The translations under genes were made by a program, and so were the position numbers. A stretch of 64,000 bases of DNA from contig CAWAGQ010000007.1 of assembly GCA_963781585.1 (NCBI GenBank), forward strand, positions 96,001 through 160,000. Reading direction: 5' to 3'. Source of the DNA: an uncultured Gemmatimonadaceae bacterium (GTDB lineage Bacteria; Gemmatimonadota; Gemmatimonadetes; Gemmatimonadales; Gemmatimonadaceae). Positions 19,347 through 27,803 of the stretch are shown here, one piece after another. Numbering within the stretch: position 1 is the stretch's first letter; the number at the start of each line of letters is the position of its first letter. Under the pieces are notes generated by a model. The model did not search any database, was not told where the DNA came from, and saw only the letters and a program-made list of their open reading frames with translations.

Positions 19347-21791
19347 GTGGAAGCGTTTCTCCAGGATGTTCGCGTCACGTTGCGCGCTTTCCGCCGCGCG
19401 CCGGCGTTCCCGCTCACGGCCGTCGCCACGCTCGCCCTCGGAATCGGCGCCACCACCGCGATCTTCAGCACCCTCAGCGCCGTCCTCCTCAAGCCGCTCC
19501 CATATCCCGACCCGCAGGATCTCTACAGCCTGCGAACCGCACTCACCGACGGCCGCGTTACCACGGGGCTCCTCTCGGGGGGCGAGATCTTCCGGCTGAA
19601 TGATGGCAATCCGACCATCGAGCGAGCGGCCGCCTTCCAGTCGTTCGACCTCACACTCCTCGCCGACGACGGAACGCCGACGCACGTGCAGGTCAATGCG
19701 GTGACCGAGGGATTCTTCGAGTTGTTCGGGCTGCCGATGACCAAGGGCGGCTTCACGCACGACGACTTCACGCCGTTCCAGCCGCCTCCACCGGGCGCAC
19801 CGCCCCAACCAGGCCCGGTGCCCAAGGTCGTGATCTCCACCCGACTGTGGAAGAACCTTTACCACAGCGACGCGGCCGCGGTCGGCAAGCCGATTCACTT
19901 CGCCGAATTCAACACCACCATCGCCGGCGTCGCGCCGGCCGGCTTCGACATCCCGCACGGCGCTGACATGTGGGCTGCGCAGCGCACGCCCTTCAACGAC
20001 GTGAACCACGGGCAAGACGGGTTCATGCGGCTGCGGCACAACGTGACGATCGAGCGCGCGAAGGGGGAGATGGCCACCGTCATGGGCGGACTGGCCCACG
20101 ACTTCCCCGCGTCGGACCGCAACCGCATCTACGTCCCGCGCCCCCTGGTGGAGTCGATCGTCGGAGACCTGGGACCGATCCTGATCATCGTCATGTCGGC
20201 GACCGGACTGCTGCTCCTGCTGGCGTGCGTGAACGTCGCCAACCTGCTCCTCGCGCGGGGCGCCGAGCGGGCCCGCGAGATGGCCGTGCGGGCCGCGCTT
20301 GGCGCGGGATGGGCTCGTCTGGTGCGACAACTGCTCACGGAGTCGCTCGTGCTGGCCGCTGCCGGGACGGTCCTGGGCCTGGGGCTGGCGGCGGTCGGCC
20401 TCCGCGCGCTGCTCGCCCTCGGCGCGTCGAAACTGCCGCGCCTCGACGACGTGCCGTTCGACGCGAGCGTGCTCCTCTTCTCCCTCGCTGTCCTACTGGT
20501 GACTGGCGCGATCATCGGACTGGCACCGGCTGTCCGACTCCTGCGCAGCGACATGAAAACGCTGATGAACGACAGCAGTCGCTCCGCGAGCGCCGGTCAT
20601 GGCACGACGCGCTGGCTCGGTGCGATGACCGTGGCCGAGGTGGCATTGGCGATCATGCTGCTGGCCGGCGCCGGCTGGCTCGTGCGGGGATTCTCGAATC
20701 TCCGCAATACAGATGCCGGGTTCGTGTCGGATGGGAGGCTGATCTTTGATGTGTCCTTCCTGGGGCCGCGGTACCCATCATCGGACGCCGTGCGCCAGGC
20801 GCAGAGCGACCTCGTGAGCGGCGTGCGCAACGTCAGCGGCGTGACCAATGTGGGACTCGTATCCGCCTACCCGATGCGCGGCACCCTCGAGGGCTCGCTG
20901 CTCGCGCAATTTCACGGCGAACCGTTCGACGCGGCCAATGCGCCCGGGACCCGCCAGCGCTTTGCCGGCCCGGGACTCTTTGCCGCAATGGGCACAAAGA
21001 TCATCCGGGGCCGTGACTTCGGTTCGCAGGACGTCCAGGGCGCCGCGCCCGTCGCCATCGTCAATCGTGTCTTCGTGCAGCGGTACCTCAGGGGCCGCGA
21101 TCCGATCGGCGTGCAGTTTTCGGCGGGGTACCCGGCGCCCGATCCGAGGAATGAGGTGACGATTGTCGGCGTGATCGACGACGTGAGGCAGAAATCCCTG
21201 GCCGAGCCGGCCGAGCCGGCGTACTATCTGCCGCTCACGCAGTTCCCGTTCCGCCGCGCAACTGCCGTCGTGTCCGCGTCGCGGGTCGATCCACGCCTCC
21301 TCGAGGGGGCCATTCGCGCGGAAGTGAAGAAGCTTGACCCGGCGATGGCGCTCGACTTCGAGCTCGCATCGGACGTCGTCGGGGACACGCTTCGGAGGCA
21401 GGAGCTGGGGATGACACTGATGCTCATCTTCGGGGGCATGGCGATCGTGCTCGCGGCGGTCGGCATCTACGGGGTGGTGTCGTATGCCGGTTCACTACGG
21501 CGCAACGAAATGGCTACGCGTCTCGCCCTCGGCGCGTCGCCGCGCTCCGTGTTCTGGCTGATCATGAGGCAGGGCGGAATGCTCTCGCTGTTGGGCGCTG
21601 GCATCGGGGTGAGCCTGGCGTATCTGTCCGGTCGGGTTGTTTCCAACCGGGTGTACGCGATCCGAGCGTCGGACCCGCTCATGCTGGCCAGCGCCATTGT
21701 GCTGATCACCCTCATCACGATCGCCGCGACCACGATTCCTGCGGTGCGCGCAGCCCAACTGAATCCGGCGCGAGCGTTGCGGGCTGAGTAG
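19347..21791 (+). CDS. ADOP-family duplicated ABC permease
   Basis: GTG 19347 after AGGAG. TLALGIGATTAIFS, LLLACVNVANLLLARG, RLALGA. Confidence 0.95.
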   Translation: MEAFLQDVRVTLRAFRRAPAFPLTAVATLALGIGATTAIFSTLSAVLLKPLPYPDPQDLYSLRTALTDGRVTTGLLSGGEIFRLNDGNPTIERAAAFQSFDLTLLADDGTPTHVQVNAVTEGFFELFGLPMTKGGFTHDDFTPFQPPPPGAPPQPGPVPKVVISTRLWKNLYHSDAAAVGKPIHFAEFNTTIAGVAPAGFDIPHGADMWAAQRTPFNDVNHGQDGFMRLRHNVTIERAKGEMATVMGGLAHDFPASDRNRIYVPRPLVESIVGDLGPILIIVMSATGLLLLLACVNVANLLLARGAERAREMAVRAALGAGWARLVRQLLTESLVLAAAGTVLGLGLAAVGLRALLALGASKLPRLDDVPFDASVLLFSLAVLLVTGAIIGLAPAVRLLRSDMKTLMNDSSRSASAGHGTTRWLGAMTVAEVALAIMLLAGAGWLVRGFSNLRNTDAGFVSDGRLIFDVSFLGPRYPSSDAVRQAQSDLVSGVRNVSGVTNVGLVSAYPMRGTLEGSLLAQFHGEPFDAANAPGTRQRFAGPGLFAAMGTKIIRGRDFGSQDVQGAAPVAIVNRVFVQRYLRGRDPIGVQFSAGYPAPDPRNEVTIVGVIDDVRQKSLAEPAEPAYYLPLTQFPFRRATAVVSASRVDPRLLEGAIRAEVKKLDPAMALDFELASDVVGDTLRRQELGMTLMLIFGGMAIVLAAVGIYGVVSYAGSLRRNEMATRLALGASPRSVFWLIMRQGGMLSLLGAGIGVSLAYLSGRVVSNRVYAIRASDPLMLASAIVLITLITIAATTIPAVRAAQLNPARALRAE

Positions 21792-21852
21792 GCGCGGTGC
21801 CGTCCCGCACGCCGACTGAAGTCGCCAGCCTGAGCCACCTTCTACATATGCC

Positions 21853-21882
21853 TTGACACGCATATGCACCATGGCGTATACT
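21853..21882 (+). promoter_or_regulatory. Promoter TTGACA-18-TATACT with internal imperfect palindrome (probable ArsR operator)
   Basis: TATGCACCATGGCGTATA is 14/18 self-complementary and spans the spacer and -10. ATG lies 6 nt after the -10. Confidence 0.7.
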
Positions 21883-21888
21883 AGGACC

Positions 21889-22272
21889 ATGGAATCTGCC
21901 TTCGCAATCATTGCCGAGCCGAACCGCCGCGCGATTCTGAGCCTTCTGGTCTCGTCAGAGCAGTCGGTTGGAGCGATCGAGCGTCAGCTGCGCATGCCGC
22001 AGCCGACGGTGTCAAAGCACCTGCGGGTGCTGCGCGAGGCGGGCTTCGTGGAATCCACCGTGGACGCACAGCGCCGTCTCTACCGGCTGAAGCCGGAACC
22101 GCTTCAGGAGATCGATGCCTGGCTGGCTCCGTTCCGCCGGTTCTGGTCCGCTCACGTGGATGCTCTCGAACGCCACCTCGACCGCATCGATCAATCAACG
22201 CCAGCGAAGCAGAAGGCGAGGGGAGCACGGCGCGGCTCGGCCGGCGCGCGTGACAAAGGAGGAACGAAATGA
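21889..22272 (+). CDS. ArsR/SmtB-family transcriptional regulator
   Basis: FAIIAEPNRRAIL...QPTVSKHLRVLREAGFV...QRRLYRL. Confidence 0.92.
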   Translation: MESAFAIIAEPNRRAILSLLVSSEQSVGAIERQLRMPQPTVSKHLRVLREAGFVESTVDAQRRLYRLKPEPLQEIDAWLAPFRRFWSAHVDALERHLDRIDQSTPAKQKARGARRGSAGARDKGGTK

Positions 22273-22649
22273 AACGGATGCGTTGGACCGGCTGGCTGCT
22301 TTCCTTTTTCCCGGTCGCGGTGTTGCTGAGCAGCGCCTGGGTCAGGGTGACCCACCACGTCAATGCGGTCGCCGAAATCGTCACGGGGTACGGATTCCCG
22401 GAATCGGCCATCACGCGTATTGTCATTGCCGAATGCGCCCTGGTGGTGCTCTACCTCGTTCCGCAGACGTCGGTCCTCGCCACGATCGTGATGACCGGCT
22501 ATCTCGGCGGGGCGATTGCCACGCACTTGCGGATCGCGGACTCCGCGCGCGCGATGATTCCGCTGGTCGCCGGAATCCTGGCCTGGGGCGGCCTCTATTT
22601 GCGCGACGGCCGCATCCGCGAGCTGATTCCCCTCAGACGGTCGGCCTGA
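22269..22649 (+). CDS. DoxX-family membrane protein
   Basis: LYLVPQTSVLATIVMTGYLGGAIATHLR, WGGLYLRD. Confidence 0.88.
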   Translation: MKRMRWTGWLLSFFPVAVLLSSAWVRVTHHVNAVAEIVTGYGFPESAITRIVIAECALVVLYLVPQTSVLATIVMTGYLGGAIATHLRIADSARAMIPLVAGILAWGGLYLRDGRIRELIPLRRSA

Positions 22650-22703
22650 CGTCAGCCTGAACCCTCAATCAACGCCAACGACAGAGAAGGCAAGGAGAAC
22701 GAG

Positions 22704-23270
22704 ATGACCGCTCGCGAGCAGTACGTACCGGGTCCGGCCAGCGGGGCGCAGGTACAAAAGGACGGAGACAAGTGGACGCTCGTTCTCGTCAGGCAGCTGC
22801 GGCACTCGCCGGACAAAGTCTGGCAGGCGCTGATCGACCCGGCGCAGCTGCGCGAGTGGGCGCCGTTCGACGCCGATGGGAGCCTGGGATCGGTTGGAAG
22901 CACGGTGAAGCTCACCACGGTGGGAGCGCCCTCGCCGCGTGTTACCGAAACAACCGTCACGCGAGCCGACGCTCCCAGCCTGCTGGAATACAAGTGGGGC
23001 GGCTTCGACATGCGGTGGCAACTCGAAGCCGCTGGTGGGGGAACGCGCCTGACGTTGTGGACCAACATCGCCCGCAATTTCATCTCGATGGGCGCTGCGG
23101 GCTGGCACATCTGCTTCGATGTGCTCGATCGGCTTCTTGCCGGTCAGCCGATTGGGCGCATCGTCGGCCCGGAGGCCATGAAGTTCGACGGCTGGCAGCG
23201 ATTGAACGCCGAGTACGCAAAGCAGTTCGGCGTTGAGATCCCGGGTTGGGCCCCTCGCCCAGGACCTTGA
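22704..23270 (+). CDS. SRPBCC (AHSA1/START-like) domain protein
   Basis: RQLRHSPDKVWQALIDPAQLREW, GGGTRLTL, AAGWHICFDVL. Confidence 0.9.
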   Translation: MTAREQYVPGPASGAQVQKDGDKWTLVLVRQLRHSPDKVWQALIDPAQLREWAPFDADGSLGSVGSTVKLTTVGAPSPRVTETTVTRADAPSLLEYKWGGFDMRWQLEAAGGGTRLTLWTNIARNFISMGAAGWHICFDVLDRLLAGQPIGRIVGPEAMKFDGWQRLNAEYAKQFGVEIPGWAPRPGP

Positions 23271-23365
23271 CCTTGCCCGGACCAGAGGAATGGTCGGCGG
23301 GCGCCTGACGGGACGACCAGGTGAAACTTTTTCCGGTGTGAGGCGGCGAAGGTAGACGACGCGCC

Positions 23366-23782
23366 CTAGGACTTCGCCCTCTTCGAGCGTTTCGACTTGC
23401 CGGCGCTGTTGAGGGCGACCGCCTGGCGAACGAGCGTCTTGAAGGCGGACTCGTCGACTTGTTCCCGTTCGTGGATGTCGATCGCGCGGCGGGTGTTTCC
23501 CTCGAGACTCGAGTTGAAGAGACGGGCCGGGTCCTTCAGTGACGCGCCCCGGGCGAAGGTGAGCTTGACGACATCCCGGTAGGATTCGCCAGTGCAGATG
23601 ATACCGTCGTGCGACCAGACCGGATTCATCCACTTCCACTCCTCGACGACATCCCGGTCAGCTGCCTTGATGAGCCTGCGCATTCTGCTCAGGGTTTCCC
23701 CGCGCCAGTCCCCGAGTTCAGCGATTCTTTTCGTGATGAGCTCCGATGCCGACCGGCTTTGGCTCGCGCCTGACTTTTTCAT
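23366..23782 (-). CDS. DUF1801 (YdhG-like) protein
   Basis: [42 protein letters not shown]. Confidence 0.9.
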   Translation of the reverse strand: MKKSGASQSRSASELITKRIAELGDWRGETLSRMRRLIKAADRDVVEEWKWMNPVWSHDGIICTGESYRDVVKLTFARGASLKDPARLFNSSLEGNTRRAIDIHEREQVDESAFKTLVRQAVALNSAGKSKRSKRAKS

Positions 23783-23884
23783 GTTCTCATCCTGACGCGC
23801 TGATCCGCGGGAGCGCGAGGATCCGACAGGACCTCGTCAATGAAGGGCACTTCTCTGGAAACCCACCGTCGCGACCGCGACCGG

Positions 23885-25042
23885 CTACTTCCCGATCATG
23901 AGGATGGTGAACGATCCGGGGATCGGCGGTGCGAAACCGCCCCGGCCCCCGCGCCCGGGCTGCGGCGGCGGCGCCGGCCCGCGCTCGACACTCATTACGA
24001 AGATGTGCCCCGTCTTCGTATCGAGGGTGAGCGTGCGCGCGCCATTCATCGTCTCGAGGTTCTGCTCGACCTCGAAGCTGGTCGGGCTCTTTTCCTTCAC
24101 GACCGTCAGCGTGCCGTTGCTGTGCGAGCTGAAGGCCTCCATGGTCACGGGATTGAAGACCGCGCCGTCGGAGCCTCCGGCGAGGGGCAGCGTGGTGATG
24201 ACCTTGCCGTCCTTCGCGCTCAGGATCACCATCGCCGGCTGCGATGGCTGTCCCGGCGTCCGCTGCTGCGCGCAGGCGGCGAACAGGATCTGGTTCTTCA
24301 CGTCGAGGGCGAGGCCGTTGCAGCGCCCGATGTCGCCGAAGGGGTAGTGCGCGGTCGTCTTCATCGCCTTCTCATCCACGACCGCGACGCTGCCGGCTGA
24401 GTCCTGCATCACGACGTACAGGGTACCCTTGCCGTTCGAGACGCTCTCCTCCGGGACTCCGCCGAGGTCGATCTTGCCGAGCACCTTGCCGTCCTGTGAG
24501 TCGAGAACGAGAAGATCCCGCGTGGGGTGACTTCCGATGTAGACCCGGTCGTTGGTCGGGTCGAAGTAGATGCCGTCGGGACTGAAGCGGGGGTTCGGCG
24601 CCTCGATTCCCTCGTTCGCCGGGATCGTCTTCATCAGCTGCATGGACTTCGTGTCGAACATCGAGGGGTCGGGGTGGCTGCTGGCGAAGCCGTGTCCCGT
24701 CTTCGCGTCCACGACGGCGCCGTTGCCGCCACCGTTGACGATCTCGCCGAGCGGTTTCAGGGTCTCGAGGTCGAAGATGGTGACGCGGCCCGGAACCGAG
24801 TCGCGCGCGGGCGTGCTGTCCGTGGCGGCCAGCGCACGTACCGCACCGCGCGTGATGTACAGCCGGCGATCGATCGAGTTCGCGTAGATGTAGTCCGTTC
24901 CGCCCTCGCCGCCGACGCGCGCGCGCATGAGCACCTTGTAGGGGCCGTCGGTGCCGGGCTGCTGGGCCGGGGTGGTGTGTGCGGTCGTCGCCGTGGCGAC
25001 ACCCGCGAACAGCAGGACGTGGGGGAAGGTGATGCGCGTCAT
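23885..25042 (-). CDS. Secreted YncE-like beta-propeller protein
   Basis: Signal peptide, GGEGGTDY...RRLYITRG, repeated blades, GARTLTLD. Confidence 0.85.
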   Translation of the reverse strand: MTRITFPHVLLFAGVATATTAHTTPAQQPGTDGPYKVLMRARVGGEGGTDYIYANSIDRRLYITRGAVRALAATDSTPARDSVPGRVTIFDLETLKPLGEIVNGGGNGAVVDAKTGHGFASSHPDPSMFDTKSMQLMKTIPANEGIEAPNPRFSPDGIYFDPTNDRVYIGSHPTRDLLVLDSQDGKVLGKIDLGGVPEESVSNGKGTLYVVMQDSAGSVAVVDEKAMKTTAHYPFGDIGRCNGLALDVKNQILFAACAQQRTPGQPSQPAMVILSAKDGKVITTLPLAGGSDGAVFNPVTMEAFSSHSNGTLTVVKEKSPTSFEVEQNLETMNGARTLTLDTKTGHIFVMSVERGPAPPPQPGRGGRGGFAPPIPGSFTILMIGK

Positions 25043-25108
25043 GAATGTCTCCAGGGAATCGGATGCCGCAGCGGCGACGCTGTGATATGGTGGCTCGGTT
25101 TCATGGCG

Positions 25109-25456
25109 TCAACTCCCTTTCAGGCGGCGGCCGCGCCCAGACCGCTTCAAGCGTGTGTTGGGCCGCCGGCTACGCGTGCCCGGCTTCTGGTAGCGAAACT
25201 CGATGAGAAACACGCGTCGCCCACTCCCATGCTTGGCGATCTTGAGGAGTTCGATGACTCCGGCGAACCCCGAACGGCGGGCGAGCTCCGGGGTGATGTC
25301 GGCGATCGAGATCTCATAGAGAGACGTTACTACGATCTCCCCTGGAGGCAGGGAGTACCGACCCCCGACGCGGACGTGCGGCCGCTGCCAGAGTCGGACG
25401 CTGCACGTGATCTCCCCGCTGCGGATTCGGTCTCGCAAGCCCTTCAGGAATTGCAT
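25109..25456 (-). CDS. ASCH (PUA-like) domain protein, probable former integron cassette
   Basis: IRSGEITCSVRLWQRPHVRVGGRY...DITPELARRSGF. GTTAGGC lies 8 nt before the ATG, and the C-terminal tail reads through an attC-like half site. Confidence 0.8.
   Translation of the reverse strand: MQFLKGLRDRIRSGEITCSVRLWQRPHVRVGGRYSLPPGEIVVTSLYEISIADITPELARRSGFAGVIELLKIAKHGSGRRVFLIEFRYQKPGTRSRRPNTRLKRSGRGRRLKGS
25110..25163 (-). mobile_element. Left half of an attC-like site
   Basis: Minus strand GCCCAAC (RYYYAAC) ACACG CTTGAAGC GGTCTGGGCGCGGCCGCCGCC. The R'' box is complementary, with one mismatch, to GTTAGGC at 25465-25471. Confidence 0.55.
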
Positions 25457-25515
25457 CGCCTGGTGCCTAACCAGCAGGATCCTGCCGGGTGAGCGTGTTC
25501 TTCACAGCCGGGACG

Positions 25516-26040
25516 TCACTTGAGCTTCGCGACCGCCTTCTTCATCACTCCGATGATCGGCTCGGTCGGGTTTCCGCTCCGCCGCAGCTCGATGGAGATG
25601 AAAGCGGTCCCCTTGATGACATGGAGCTCTGCGTGCTTGTCGTCATACCAGCACGCGAGGTCGCCCAGGCCGGCGAGGCCATCCTTGCCCTTCTTGTCGC
25701 ACATGATCCCACTGTACATCGGCACCGAGCTCGCCGGCAGACGCGTCAGGTTCAATTGGATAGAGTGAATGCCGGACCCCGTGTACTCGCAACCCGACAC
25801 GGTGGCACCGGCCCCATCCGACATGGGGCCAATCGCCTTGGGCCCCGTGACGGCTTCGCCCAGGGCCGTGGCGGCATCCTCCCTGGTCAGCAGCGAGCAG
25901 GCGTCGTCCGGAGCGAGCGCCCTGGCGGCTGCCAGCGAGATCCAGGACGAGGACATCATCAGGGTGGCAGTAATGGTCAAGCGGGCTGAGAGAATTGCGC
26001 TTCGCACGTTGGCTCCTCGCGTCACATTGCCGATCGGCAT
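25516..26040 (-). CDS. Secreted Cys-containing hypothetical protein (DUF3558-like)
   Basis: DACSLLTREDAATALGEAV, GCEY, GLGDLACW. Start uncertain. Confidence 0.7.
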   Translation of the reverse strand: MPIGNVTRGANVRSAILSARLTITATLMMSSSWISLAAARALAPDDACSLLTREDAATALGEAVTGPKAIGPMSDGAGATVSGCEYTGSGIHSIQLNLTRLPASSVPMYSGIMCDKKGKDGLAGLGDLACWYDDKHAELHVIKGTAFISIELRRSGNPTEPIIGVMKKAVAKLK

Positions 26041-26118
26041 CGTGGATGGTGTGAATCCCAGGACGAGTCGTGGCCTCAGGGAAGCATGATGAGGTGTCCC
26101 GGACCCCGAACAGACCGC

Positions 26119-27138
26119 TTACCGCTGGGAGCCCCAGGCAGGCGTGAGCGATGCGGACCGCGTAAGGCGAACCGGCGGCTGGCCTCCATCGTCGACGCTA
26201 TAGACCGCATCGAACCCATCGCGCCCCGATATGAACGCGATGCGCGTGCCATCCTGCGACCACGTGTAACTCCCGTCGTACGCGGGCGAACTCGCGAGCC
26301 GTGAACGCACACCATCAGAGAGCCGCACCACGCCGATTTCATAATTCTCACGGTCGGCGATCTGAAAAACGATGCGTGAACCGTCGGGTGACCACAGGGG
26401 TGGGTCCCTGGTCACGCTTGCCCCGGTCGTAAGGCGTTTGAGAGTCCGCCCGTCCGTGTCTATTGCATAAAGGTCCCGATCGGAAACAAAGACCAGGGCT
26501 TTTCCATCGGGAGACCACCGCGGCGCCACCGCCCCTGCGGCATTGTTCGTGAGTCGCCGCGCGCCGCTTCCCTCGGCACTCATGACGTAGATCTGCGAGG
26601 TACCATCGCGCGTCGACGAGAACGCCAACTGCGTATCGTCCGGAGACCAGCTCGGGTCGCGGTTCTCCCCTTGAGACGACGTCACCTGCTTCACCTGGCC
26701 AGATGATGCATCGACGGCAAAAATCTCGACATTGCTATCCGTCACCGCGGCAAATGCGATTCGTCTGCTGTCCGAAGACCAACCGCGGGTCGACTTCACG
26801 ACGAGGTGTGAGGCGAGGCGTTTCTGGTTGGTCCCGTCCGAATCCATGACCCAGAGTTCCCACGTGCCTCCGGCCAGCGAGCAGAACGCGATCCGTCGCC
26901 GGTCGGGAGACCAGAGCGGGAATCGATCCTCCACGTTTCGCCGCGTGAGCCGAGTTTGATTTCGCCCAGCGGCGTCCATCACGTAGACTTCCCAGTTGCC
27001 GTCACGACGGGACGCAAACGCGATATCAGCTGACGACGCCCTGACGGCACCGCTAGCTGCAGGGGTGGATGGTTGCGAGAGTGCAAACCAGGCTGCGTAC
27101 ACGGCGACGGCGGCGGCGCTGGCCAAGCGCATTGTCAT
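26119..27138 (-). CDS. TolB-like PD40-repeat beta-propeller, secreted
   Basis: IAFASRRDGNWEVYVM and repeated PxWSPDG. Confidence 0.9.
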   Translation of the reverse strand: MTMRLASAAAVAVYAAWFALSQPSTPAASGAVRASSADIAFASRRDGNWEVYVMDAAGRNQTRLTRRNVEDRFPLWSPDRRRIAFCSLAGGTWELWVMDSDGTNQKRLASHLVVKSTRGWSSDSRRIAFAAVTDSNVEIFAVDASSGQVKQVTSSQGENRDPSWSPDDTQLAFSSTRDGTSQIYVMSAEGSGARRLTNNAAGAVAPRWSPDGKALVFVSDRDLYAIDTDGRTLKRLTTGASVTRDPPLWSPDGSRIVFQIADRENYEIGVVRLSDGVRSRLASSPAYDGSYTWSQDGTRIAFISGRDGFDAVYSVDDGGQPPVRLTRSASLTPAWGSQR

Positions 27139-27159
27139 GGTGCCCTCCGTTCTCGTGGG

Positions 27160-27570
27160 TTATTCCTCTGCCATGGCGAGCAGAGCCTTCCACTGCGGCG
27201 CCGTCACCGGCATCACCGAAAGCCGGGGAATTCGCGTGAGGGCGAAATCGGCGAACCGCGTGTCCGCCTTGACCTGTCGCAGGGTGACCACCTGGGGCAC
27301 CGCCCGCACCGGCTGGAGATCCACCACGACCAGCTTCTCGTCGTGCGCTGCGGGATCCGGATACGCCGCTCTCGTCACCCGCGCAATCCCCACGATCGCC
27401 TTCTCGTCGCCGGTGTGATAGATGAATGCCTGATCGCCTTTCTGCATCGCCCGCAGATTACGGAGCGCCACCGGGTTCCTGACTCCGTCCCAGGTGGTTC
27501 GCTTCTCACCTTCGAGGTCCTGGTACGAGTAGGTCGAGGGCTCGGTCTTGAGCAGCCAATAAGCCGGCAT
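27160..27570 (-). CDS. EVE domain protein
   Basis: YWLLKTEPSTYS, WDGVRN, FIYHTG, RLSVMPVT..QW. Confidence 0.93.
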   Translation of the reverse strand: MPAYWLLKTEPSTYSYQDLEGEKRTTWDGVRNPVALRNLRAMQKGDQAFIYHTGDEKAIVGIARVTRAAYPDPAAHDEKLVVVDLQPVRAVPQVVTLRQVKADTRFADFALTRIPRLSVMPVTAPQWKALLAMAEE

Positions 27571-27803
27571 CGTCTGTGTCCGGTGCAAGAGCACAAGACG
27601 TTACTCCATGCCGCCATCTCCGACAATCCTGCACCACCGGAAATCGGCCGCTCGAGGTTGCCAGACAGGACGCCTCGTCGCGCCACGTTGCGACCGCTGT
27701 ACCTTCGCCCGCCTTGCGCGCCAGGCCTTCCGTCACGACACCTCGCGACGACAAGTTTGAATTCCGGCGGTACCAACACTGGCCGTCTTTGCGAGGACAG
27801 ATC

